This document shows, piece after piece, positions 24,156 through 35,340 of a stretch of 64,000 bases of DNA. The notes beneath the pieces were generated by a model. The model had not been told where the DNA came from. It did not search any database and saw nothing but the letters and a program-made list of their open reading frames with translations. The translations under genes and the position numbers were made by a program. Source of the DNA: Octopus sinensis (taxonomy: Eukaryota); NCBI RefSeq assembly GCF_006345805.1, contig NC_043002.1:107880001-107944000 (forward strand), written 5' to 3'. Numbering within the stretch: the first letter of the stretch is position 1; the number at the start of each line of letters is the position of its first letter.

Positions 24156-25715
24156 GCTTTGTGTGTGTGTGTTTGTCCCCCTGGCATTGCTTGACAACCG
24201 ATGCTGGTGTGTTTACGTCCCCGTCACTTAGCGGTTCGGCAAAATAGACCGATAGAATAAGTACTGGGCTTAAAAAGAATAAGTCCCGGGGTCAATTTGC
24301 TCGACTAAAGGTGGTGCTCCAGCATGGCTGCAGTCAAATGACTGAAACAAGTAAAAGAGTAAAAGAGAGAGTAAAGAGCATAGATATTACTTCATTAAAT
24401 ATTCTACTCATTATATTATGATTTTCATGGGGAGGAGGATGTTGCTGCCAGTTTTCTTACATGTCTCAAATTGTGATATTTTACAGTTAAATGCCTTTGG
24501 CCTCTACTTCTACTGGGTCGCTTTGCTTGACTAAAGGTGGTGCTCAAGCATGGCCACAGTCAAATGACTGAAACAAGTAAAAAAGTACATAAATACTGAA
24601 CAGTATATGTAAAGGATAAAATCCTTTTAAGTGCAGAAAATCCTAACCCAGCAACCAACCATGAGGATTGAACCCACACCCCTCCAATATCCAGTTGTAG
24701 TGGTCTACCCTTTAAGCTAAGTTCTACAATACATTTCAATGCTTCAAAAACCAAACTTATGTTTGTTTACATACGACATAATCTACACGACATCTAGCAT
24801 TTCTGGATGACTTTATAACTTCTAAAATTGCAGAAGAATTTACCACTTGGAAGTTTAGCTTAAAGTGTAGAGCACTCCAACCGGATATTGGAGAGGTGAC
24901 AGGCAAATTTTCCTGCTCTTAAAATGATTTTATCCTTTTTATATACTGCTTGGTATTTACATACTCTTTACTCTTTTACTTGTTTCAGTCATTTGACTGC
25001 GGCCATGCTGGAGCACCGCCTTTTTTAATCGAGCAAATTGACCCCGGGACTTATTCTTTTGTAAGCCCAGTACTTATTCTATCGGTCTCTTTTGCCGAAC
25101 TGCTAAGTAACGGGGACATAAACACACCAGCATCGGTTATCAAGCAATGCTAGGGGGACAAACACAGACACACAAACACACGCACACATATATATATGTA
25201 CATATATACGACGGGCTTCTTTCAGTTTCCGTCTACCAAATCCACTCACAAGGCTTTGGTCGGCCCAAGGCTACAGTAGAAGACACTTGCCCAAGGTACC
25301 ATGCAGTGGGACTGAACCCGGAACCATGTGGTTGGTAAACAAGCTACTTACCACACAGCCACTCTTGCGCCTATGTTGAAAAAAATATATATTGTTCTAC
25401 AATACTGAATTTGTTTTCGATCAGGTGTTAATTGTTTCTGATATTTTAGTAGAATAAAACTAATTAGTAAAATTAACTAACTAATTAATTTGATAATAAT
25501 GTCTATGTGACAACAACTAATTCCGTTTCATGGTTGAATAGTTTGTGAATCACATCATCCATGTGTAACATCTAACTACATCTCATATATTATGACCTGT
25601 ATCATTGATAGACATTACATGCCTAAACATGTGTGTAACGATATCTCCTGTTATTGATCATGGACTAGCAGGACTGGTTGCATGCGAAACTCGCTTAAGT
25701 TTTTACTGGACTTAC

Positions 25716-25786
25716 CTTGTTAATTGTTGAATGAGATTGTCCTTCTTTGCCATTTCTTCTTTGAAAGATTTCAGCTGCTCTTGCAA
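25716..25786 (-). CDS. CCDC170: CCDC170 coding exon 2 (LQEQLKSFKEEMAKKDNLIQQLT)
   Basis: Acceptor tttctag|TTG, donor AAG|gtaagt; 71 nt, phase 0 to 2; coiled-coil heptad character. Confidence 0.75.
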
Positions 25787-26254
25787 CTAGAAATAAGCAT
25801 TTTTAGAAAATTCATGCAACTTCAAAAATAACAAACATTAGTTACAAAGTATAAAATTAACTCACAATATTGTAAATATTGAAATAAATTGATTTCGCTT
25901 GAAATTCTATAAGTTTTCAAAAGTGATTTAGCACTGACCACTATATGTTTCCTTGTGACTTTGGAAAACACGTTATGATATTTTCTTTAGTTCCCTCAGC
26001 TGGAGTAGAGGAAATATTACATAGGGTGGCTGAAATAGAATAGTATCCAATCTTGTATTTTCTTGTTTCTTCCTTACTTAATCCTACAAAATCTGGGATT
26101 GAGAATTGGTCTTATGGATTATTATAAGTCATAAAAGGCTTAATTCCTTAATTCTTTCTAGTCAGTACTAGAATAGCAAATTTTTATCTTGACAGTCTAT
26201 GAACATGTAACTCATTATAAAATGTAAGCACATTATACTACTACTACTACTACT

Positions 26255-26282
26255 AATAATAATAATAATAATAATAATAATG

Positions 26283-26316
<34 letters not shown>

Positions 26317-26329
26317 TAATAATAATAGA

Positions 26330-26386
<57 letters not shown>
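26255..26386. repeat. (TAA)n microsatellite, one of many (TAA)n, (TA)n, (CA)n and (GA)n tracts
   Basis: Direct reading; similar tracts at 30-126, 9930-10030, 19065-19140, 26863-27003 and 34320-34433. Confidence 0.95.
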
Positions 26387-26857
26387 CTTGGTATAAAAGA
26401 TGGGCTACAGCAAACATTCTGCTCAATACCACAAATTTGCTTGTCAGTTGTTTGACCATAACCAGTTGAGCATGTCCCTTAGTGGCTGACGATATGTGCA
26501 TCTCTGATCACGAGTAGAAGTAGTGGGAGAGCATCATAGCCATGTGTTGAAAGGAATTCTTAGAGGTTTGGATAATTCACCTCTGGAAACATGGGTGTAT
26601 CGTTCAACATCCTTAAACAATCCTTATTCAGGGACCTTTTGAGCAGGATGGGTTACTCGACCAGAAGAAAATTGTAACTGGGCCCCACCTGCAAGGTCAT
26701 GTGCTGTTTATCTTGATATGAGATCATTATACTGTGCACATATGGTTGTGATGCATGTGCCTGGTGTACCCTTATCAAACGGTCAGTCATGATGGGTATA
26801 TTGGGCTTCGTATATTTGTGCCCCAGTGTCACTTTGATGGCATGCACTGCTCTCTCA

Positions 26858-26862
<5 letters not shown>
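26387..26862. mobile_element. Non-coding interspersed repeat flanked on both sides by (TAA)n (partial copy 19428-19770; one end also at about 20755-20830)
   Basis: About 340 bp shared at high identity between the two copies; both begin directly after TAA runs. Confidence 0.7.
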
Positions 26863-26898
<36 letters not shown>

Positions 26899-26924
26899 TA
26901 ATAATAATAATGATAATAATAATG

Positions 26925-26978
<54 letters not shown>

Positions 26979-28813
26979 GTAGTAGTAGTAGTAGTAGTAG
27001 TAGATGTGGCATTTCTGTTTCTATTGTGCGGATTAGATCAGTAAGTGAAGTCTTAAGCAAGTTCAAAAAATCGCTTTAGTGTCCACATTTGCATATTTAT
27101 CAAATCACAACTGAGAATGTTGAAACTTAACCAGTGTTACAAACTTCGTGTTCTAGAAGCTTAAATTCATCCTAATAGAATAGATAATATATATTTGTTA
27201 TTAGTTTTATTGAAACACTTTGGAAAAGGAGATATTTCCAAGATGAAATGATGTTAATATTTAGTTTTAATTCTTAGCAAGAGATTTTCATTTTGCAGGC
27301 ATTACTAATGATTTTAAGGAAAGCATCAACATTCTTATTCACATCCACATAAATTATAAATATAGAATCTGACTGTTAGGAGACAAACAGAGCTGAAGCA
27401 GTGAATGTATGTCATTGAAGAGGTTACAAATAGTAGCAAAAGGACTCTGATGAATCTGGCTGATTTATTGATTGACCGACACAGTTTCAATTTCTGGGGC
27501 TGGTACTTAGTTTATCAAACCCAAAAGGATGACAGACAAAGTTAACTTCAGCAGAATTTGGACTCCAAACGTAGACGGACAAAATGCCACTAAGCATTTT
27601 GTATGGCATCTCATCACCTTTACTTGACTAATAATAATAAAAGAAGTGAAAAAGAACCAGTGTGTGTTTCTTATTTGTATAATGACCCTCCCATGATACA
27701 ACAACATCAACAACACTTCATATTTACAATTTCATATAAATCTACAGACTTCTAGCCATGTCAAAAATATACTACAACATCTCATGAACATAACTAACCT
27801 TCTTATGATTAGGAGCACTCCGTCGGTTACGACAATGAGGGTCCCAGCTGATACGATCAACGGAACAGCTTGCTCGTGGAATTAACGTGCAAGTGGCTGA
27901 GCATTCCACAGACACGTGTACCCTTAACGTAGTTCTCGAAGAGATTCAGCGTGACACAGAGTGTGACAAGGCTGGCCCTTTGAAATACAGGTACAACAGA
28001 AACAGGAAGAAAGAGTGAGAGAAAGTTGTGGTGAAAGAGTACAGCAGGGTTCACCACCACCCCCTGCAGGAGCCTTGTGAAGCTTTAGGTGTTTTCGCTC
28101 AATAAACACACACAATGCCCGGTCTGGGAATCGAAACCGCGATCCTACGACCGCGAGTCCGCTGCCCTAACCACTTGGCCATTTCGCCTCCACCTTCTTA
28201 TGATTAGGATGTAGAACTGTAATGTACCAAACCACTTATTAATTTACCAATCATATTTCTCAAGCCTTTAAGTAAACAATCGTTCAACATTTGCTCTTGA
28301 ACATTTGCCATGATACAAAAATAACTGATACTCTTGAACAAGTTTAAACATTATCATGAATGGTATTGTGACACTGGAGCATCTGAATGGCATCTCATGA
28401 ACAGACAACAGAAAACAACGAATTAATTTAACAGTTTAGCAGCATACACTGTTTAATGATATTTATTGCTGCGTTTGTTTTTTTTCAAATTGAAGGACAG
28501 ATCAATAAATTCAGATATAAAATTATTGATTTTCAATTCTACATATTTCTAAACATTTGAAATAATTCCTCAGAAGCATCACCACAAACACTCCTACCAT
28601 AATTACAGTCTTTCTCTCCTTCAATAATATTACTTTGCGTGGCATCTTGGGCAAGTGTCTTCTGCTATAGCCCCGGGCCGACCAATGCCTTGTGAGTGGA
28701 TTTGGTAGACGGAAACTGAAAGAAGCCTGTCGTATATATGTATATATATATATGTGTGTATATATATATATATGTATATATAAGCGAGAAAGAAGCAACA
28801 AGAATGGATAGGT

Positions 28814-28904
28814 TTTTAGTACGATCGTTTCATACAAGGACAGGTTTTATTAAAAGTTGCAAAGATTACAGCATATAAACGAGTCCCGTACTCATCAGCT
28901 AAAA
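28814..28904 (-). ncRNA. Type I hammerhead ribozyme motif, mirror copy, sense to the CCDC170 pre-mRNA
   Basis: Exact reverse complement of 30040-30130; cut predicted between 28820 and 28819. Confidence 0.75.
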
Positions 28905-30039
28905 TACATGTAAGTTCTCTAGACATCCTAGTGTTTGAGGCTATACTCATGAAGTAATGTAGATAATTAAAGTTCTTTAAAGATGATGTACAGTCTTATC
29001 ACAGAATTTTAAAAAAGTTTTGATAGCATCACAGAGAAGGTGACCTAATCCATATGAATTTCCATAGATATGATGAGGGATTATATACTCACAGAAGACA
29101 AATTTATCCATTGTTAATTACAATGAGGTGGGTCTCAATTCCTGCTTATTAGCATTACAGAGAGGGTGAATTAATCCTTTGTATATATGCACAGATTCCA
29201 ATGGTGTAGATGTAAATTTCCAGAGAAATGGAGATGAATTTCATATTCACAGGCGATAAATTTTACAATGGTTGAACACAATGAGGTAGGTATCAATCCT
29301 TGTTATATGATTAGGTGTTTGCCACATTAATCACATTACTGCTATTCACAAGAGGCTGTAGCTATTTAACTCTTAGAGGCTGAAGGGCTTACTAGATCGG
29401 CCAAGAATAGAGAAGGGAATAGAGGAAAAGAGAGAAAATAATGGAGGAGGAGCAAAAAGGGGGGGGGGGAAAGGGGGACTAAAAGAGAAGAGAACAGGAA
29501 ACATTATTTTCTCTCTCTTCCTCTATTCCCTTCTCTATCTTGGCCGATCTAGTAAGCCCTTCAGCCTCTAAGAGTTAAATAGCTACAGCCTCTTGTGAAT
29601 AGCAGTAATGTGATTAATGTGGCAAACACCTAATCATATAACAAGGATTGATACCTACCTCATTGTGTTCAACCATTGTAAAATTTATCGCCTGTGAATA
29701 TGAAATTCATCTCCATTTCTCTGGAAATTTACATCTACACCATTGGAATCTGTGCATATATACAAAGGATTAATTCACCCTCTCTGTAATGCTAATAAGC
29801 AGGAATTGAGACCCACCTCATTGTAATTAACAATGGATAAATTTGTCTTCTGTGAGTATATAATCCCTCATCATATCTATGGAAATTCATATGGATTAGG
29901 TCACCTTCTCTGTGATGCTATCAAAACTTTTTTAAAATTCTGTGATAAGACTGTACATCATCTTTAAAGAACTTTAATTATCTACATTACTTCATGAGTA
30001 TAGCCTCAAACACTAGGATGTCTAGAGAACTTACATGTA

Positions 30040-30130
30040 TTTTAGCTGATGAGTACGGGACTCGTTTATATGCTGTAATCTTTGCAACTTTTAATAAAAC
30101 CTGTCCTTGTATGAAACGATCGTACTAAAA
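30040..30130 (+). ncRNA. Type I hammerhead ribozyme motif with extended stem II
   Basis: Stem I UUUUAG/CUAAAA; core CUGAUGA at 30046-30052; stem II GUACGGGAC/GUCCU(U)GUAU; GAAA at 30113; stem III AC-GAUC-GU; cleavage triplet GUA, cut predicted after 30124. Confidence 0.75.
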
Positions 30131-31245
30131 ACCTATCCATTCTTGTTGCTTCTTTCTCGCTTATAATCACCCCACATTACTGTATTGTTAAATCAGTATA
30201 GTTTTTTTTGGTGCATCTAAGTTAGGTACCATATTCAAGTAAATTTTTTTAAATTAACTTGAATCTTTATTGCTCTTTGAATATATGTATATATATATAT
30301 AAAGGCGGCGAGCTGGTAGAAACGTTAGCACGCCGGGCGAAATTCGTCTGTCGTTACGTTCCGAGTTCAAATTCCGCCGAGGTCGACTTTGCCTTTCATC
30401 CTTTCGGGGTCGATAAATTAAGTACCAGTTACGCTGGGGTCGATGTAGTCGACTTAATCCCTTTGTCTGTCCTTGTTTGTCCCCTCTGTGTTTAGCCCCT
30501 TGTGGGTAGTAAAGAAATATATATATATGTGTGTGTGTCTGTGTTTGTCCCCCTAGCATTGCTTGACAACCGATGCTGGTGTGTTTACGTCCCCGTAACT
30601 TAGCGGTTCGGCAAAAAGAGACCGATAGAATAAGTACTGGGCTTACAAAGAATAAGTCCTGGGGTCGATATGCTCGACTAAAAAAGGCGGTGCTCCAGCA
30701 TGGCCACAGTCAAATGACTGAAACAAGTAAAAGAGTAAAAGAGTAAAAGAGTAAAGGAAATCATTTTCTTTGTGTCAAATTGCCACTCCCACCTCTCTCT
30801 CCCACCTACCTGAGAGAACCACCTAATTAGATCTGTTGTAATGAAGTCAAAAGTACTTCTGGATATTGATATTTTTTTTTATTTCACTCAATGAAGACAC
30901 AGACCCACAGTTTTTATGGACCTTCTCAGACTAGAGATACCAACATATCTGACCTTCAGTATAAATAAGGCCCTGCAGGTTTCCTTATGGGGCGTTATTT
31001 AATATCCTAGTTGCAATTATCATATATAGGGATACATAATTATTATTATTATTATATTATTATTATTATTATTATTATAAAAAAAGGAAAAAAATCTCCC
31101 TAGGCTAAGTGGGAGAGAGGTAGTTTTATACCAAGTGTTGGGGGTCAAAGAATGATAGGACAAGCACAAGAGTCTTGCTATAGTGAATACACCTGATTAT
31201 ATATACACTTTAGATGAGTTGTAGTGCACCTTAGCACTGTACACA

Positions 31246-31293
<48 letters not shown>

Positions 31294-32080
31294 ATCCCTT
31301 GGTCCCTCTCCAATTGTAGATGAAACTCAGGATAAGGGAATGTTTGAGTCTTTTTTGTTTACCTTTTAGTCAGGAGGGATGTTAGTGCCCATATTTCTTT
31401 AGGGAGCGTCTGATGAGAGAGAATAATGAGAGAGAGAAAGAGAGAGAGAGAGAGATCCTCGAAGCAAAGATTTGGCCCAAACATCATCACTGGCACCCTG
31501 GGTACTTGCAACAGACTGGACTCTATTAAAAGCACCCACGGTGCCAGGGATGATGTTTAACCAGGGGTTTGAACTTTCTCTGCTAAGACCATGAATGTTA
31601 TGAATGAAATATAATAATCAGAATCAGAGATGAAAACAAAATCACGGACTTGGCTTGACTGGAGCTCGGCTTCCATTTCACAGAACAAACACAAAGGTAA
31701 AACAGTCATCATTTAGAATTTAATCCCATTTAGAAGTTTAAAAAGTTGGCAATCCTTCGTTATTGGTACACGATGTCATTCACCCACACAACCTTCCCTC
31801 GTGTCATAGGTAAAGAGTCTAGGATGAAAAAGAGGTGAGTGACGTCATCTCCTCATACCGACAATCTGTAGACCAATACTGAAAGAATGCTAAAAAGTTA
31901 GACAGTGCCGTGTTGTGAAGTATTATTTCCAACTTGCTTTACTTGTTTTTAAAATCAGTTTTCTTTTTATTTTCCATGTTTACAATTTCACTAACATATT
32001 ATTTACATTTACTAATACAAAAATTCTCTTCTAAAATAATTATTTTTATTATATTTCCATTTATAAAATACGTAATCTTC

Positions 32081-32564
32081 TTAACCCTTTTGTTATTGCA
32101 TTTATTTACAGAGGCTCTGTTTCTTCCAATTAATTTTAAATATAACAAAGGATTTAGTAAAATATCTTAGTTATCATTCAGCTAGTGTTAGGAACATAAA
32201 TTGCGACTAAGGTTTGGTGGAAGATTTTGATTCAAAACATATGAAAACAAAACATTTCTACTACAGAGCCAGAAGCGGTTTCAGCCAGGTTGGTATCAAA
32301 AGGGTTAAGAATTGTTTCTCTATTATATATTTTAACCCTTTTGTTACCATATTTCTGTTGAGATGCTCTGTGGTGTTTCTTCCAATTAATTTTAAATATA
32401 ACAAAGAATTCAGTAAAATAACTTAGTTAACATTAAGCTAGTGTTAGGAACATAAATTGTGACTAAGGTTTGGTGGAAGATTTTGATTCAAAACTTATGA
32501 AAACAAAACATTTTATACTCGGAGCCAGAGCAGGTTTCAGCCAGGTTGGTAACGAAAGGGTTAA
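32081..32564. mobile_element. Two piggyBac-type MITEs (32081-32308, 32332-32564), same family as 1364 and 1617 in opposite orientation
   Basis: TTAA CCCTTT / AAAGGG TTAA termini and shared internal sequence. Confidence 0.75.
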
Positions 32565-33237
32565 GTAGCTTAAATCTTGTGCAGGCTATAAGCTCAAGAC
32601 TCGCGGAAGAAGGAAATATATTTATAATGAACAGACAGGCTATCACTTGTACATGTGCGGCCGAGTGAAACATTTATGTCTGCATTCATCGACGGTTCAT
32701 GTTAACCATAGTTACTGAAGATAAAATCCGGAGAGATAATGATATCAACACCACACACAAACATCGATTTGATTTCCACCCATAAAACTTCACACACATA
32801 TATATATATATATGTATGTATGTATGTGTGTGTGTGTATTTATGTATGTATATGTGTATGTTTATAGACCTGGTGGCGTAGAGGATATTGCCCTGGACCT
32901 CTTTGTCCAATCCACCTGTCAGGCAAAATATCAAGGTACGTCCTTACAATACTATTGTAGTGTGGGGTCATCCCATCTTGCTGAAAATAAAACTCCACGT
33001 CTTCATCGTTCTCTTGAATGCTGCATATAACAGATTGTCACAGCAAATTCAAGTATATAGAACCAGTCACAGTTCCATCCAAAAAAAAAAAAAGAATGGT
33101 CCACACACGCAGAAAAAGACAAAGATCAATATGGAAGCCAAAAATTGCTTTTCGAAGTTCATAGATATTTACGAGAATTGGGTCTGGTTTTAGTAAGAAA
33201 AAGAACACACTTGAAATATTTAAAAAAATGGACTCAC

Positions 33238-33462
33238 ATCTAGCATACTTCGTCTTGTTTGTGAAGGAGATGGGGGCCTTAAGGAATGGCTGTCCATTTT
33301 CGATAACACATTTGTGGAATTACTCCGAAAAGGCAGAGCGTCTTCTGTTGATCGAGCAGCAGATATGCGGGTAAGTGTTGCCCCAGCATGACCGTTCCAC
33401 GTGTTAGACAATGATGGTAATTTTTCTTGACCCACAGAATCTTTGAGATAACTTGTCATCAT
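33238..33462 (-). CDS. CCDC170: CCDC170 coding exon 1 (MMTSYLKDSVGQEKL...RRSMLD)
   Basis: ATG at 33462 (or 33459); open frame to donor GAT|GTGAGT at 33237; 225 nt, phase 0, which fits exon 2. This N-terminus has no recognisable similarity to vertebrate CCDC170, so it is assigned by phase, position and the upstream X-box. Confidence 0.65.
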
Positions 33463-33546
33463 TCGACTTAATAATCGTAAAGTGATGTTGATGTCGCGGT
33501 GCCAGGTGTGACTATGTTGTGATGTGATGATTCGTATTGCTTTAAG

Positions 33547-33579
33547 GTAAACAGTGGTAGTCATAGCAACCGGTAAACA
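33547..33579. promoter_or_regulatory. RFX X-box (GTAGTCATAGCAAC, 33557-33570) flanked by two forkhead motifs (GTAAACA at 33547 and 33573)
   Basis: 14-bp match to the X-box pattern GTNRYY-AT-RGCAAC, about 95 bp upstream of the CCDC170 ATG, with a FOX consensus on each side. Confidence 0.6.
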
Positions 33580-33933
33580 CACGGTGACAAAATACACGGA
33601 AATAGGTCAGCAGGTGATTGCGTGGGTATAAATTAAGAAGGGAGATCACTCTAAATACATGACGGAATTATTTCCCTTGAAAATTTATTGCTTCATAAAT
33701 AACATTGCTTAAAGATCAAAATATTCAGATCTACTGTTTTTTCTCCTCTTTCGAAGAGCATCGTGCTACATGTGACAGCGTCATTTTTAATGATGATGGA
33801 ATATCTATATAAAATGAGTTTCTTCTCTCTTAACTAACAGATACATACCAACGTACATTTATACATATATACGTACATCCATACATACATATCTACATAC
33901 ATACCTACGTACAGACACATATTTGTTTCTGAG

Positions 33934-33974
<41 letters not shown>

Positions 33975-33992
33975 TATTATTATTATTATTAT

Positions 33993-34318
33993 TCAGTAGT
34001 TTTATTTTTATAGCGTGCTTTCACTTCACTACCGAGCGCAGCTCTGTGTGCCTTGGGTATGTGCTGTGATTTGTTGTGATGCTCTGATGGTTATTGTATG
34101 GAAAGTGTTCTGCGTAGGATGTGTGCAGTGCCTAGTAGTGCAATTTTCTGTATGTTATATGTGTTTGTAAGTCCTGGTGTTTTTGTTATGTATTTGTCTG
34201 AATATTTTTTTATCATGCATAATGCACCTACTATGATAGGAATTGTTTCTGTTTTTAGATTCCACATTCAGGTTACCTCTATTTCCAGGTCTTTGTATTT
34301 TGAAAGTTTCTCCATTTC
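33993..34318 (-). mobile_element. R4/Dong-like non-LTR retrotransposon 3' fragment (restriction-like endonuclease C-terminus) between (ATT)n tracts
   Basis: KLSKYKDLEIEVT.MWNLKTETIPIIVGAL...IQKIALLGTAHILRRTLS; related pieces at about 19770-20270, 20440-20725 and 63800-63930. Confidence 0.7.
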
Positions 34319-34373
<55 letters not shown>

Positions 34374-34386
34374 GTTATTATTATTA

Positions 34387-34435
<49 letters not shown>

Positions 34436-35340
34436 GTTGTCCTGTATTCTACAGATCAATAAGTCAATAAGAAACTGATCGATGCTATGGACAGTTTGTA
34501 CTGATTAACACGTTTCCTATGACTACAAAAACAAACAATAAACAAAACAAGAGGCAACTTCCAGCTCGATCGTTTGTTTTGTTTTGTTTGAGGATCACAC
34601 CAAGGAAAATAAAAGATGGGATGGTGGCTGTTCCTTTATTCTTTTATTCTTTTATTCTTTTATTCTTCCAGCAACTGCAGCCATGAAGTATAGCAACGCT
34701 TGCATTCAAACTAGTGATTATTTTATGAATCTCTCTTTGTCGAACAGTTAAATCCCTCTGTTAGAATGTGACTGAGCGTAACTCAATAAAGTACTTTTGT
34801 TCGACGCACTAGCTTACAGGATGTACAGAAACATAATGAGACCAAAGCCAGGTGTGGTTTCAGTTCGAAGAACGTTACACTGATGTATTCTCCATAAGCC
34901 ATATTCTTGATATTCAGTGTTACTGTACATACACATATTCCCCCACCCTCTCCTAATCACCTTCTCTCTTTCTGTCTCTTCCCCTCTGTGTGTGTGTGTC
35001 GGCGCAATGGCCCAGTGGTTAGGGCAGCGGACTCGCGGTCGTAGGATCGCGGTTTCGATTCCCAGACCGGGCGTTGTGAGTGTTTATTGAGCGAAAACAC
35101 CTAAAGCTCCACGACGCTCCGGCAGGGGATTATGGTGATCCCTGCTGTACTCTTTCGCCGCAACTTTCTCTCACTCTTTCTTCTGTTGGCCTGCTCGCTT
35201 AGCCAGCGTGGTAGCGTCATTTGAAGGCTAAAACAATGCGAAGCGCATTGTGACCAGCGATGTGTAGCAACATCTGATAGCCTGGTCGGTCACATGATAT
35301 ATATATATATACAAATACATACATTCATACACACACATAT

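Larger units (their letters stand above)
28779..30165. mobile_element. Fold-back element (arms 28779-29443 and 29502-30165, 58-bp purine-rich spacer), probably Penelope-like-element derived
   Basis: By eye the arms are reverse complements, with one substitution and one indel near the inner ends; each carries a hammerhead motif near its outer end; the left end abuts the (TA)n tract of a SINE. Confidence 0.85.

Noticed and set aside
29730-29830. LESVHIYKGLIHPLCN resembling the end of a Penelope GIY-YIG domain
   Set aside because: Similarity is short and by eye only, bounded by stops; not used as evidence.
34999-35075. tRNA-like sequence (also at 127, 38774 and the family B and C heads)
   Set aside because: It continues into SINE bodies with TSDs and does not close a proper cloverleaf; SINE heads rather than tRNA genes.
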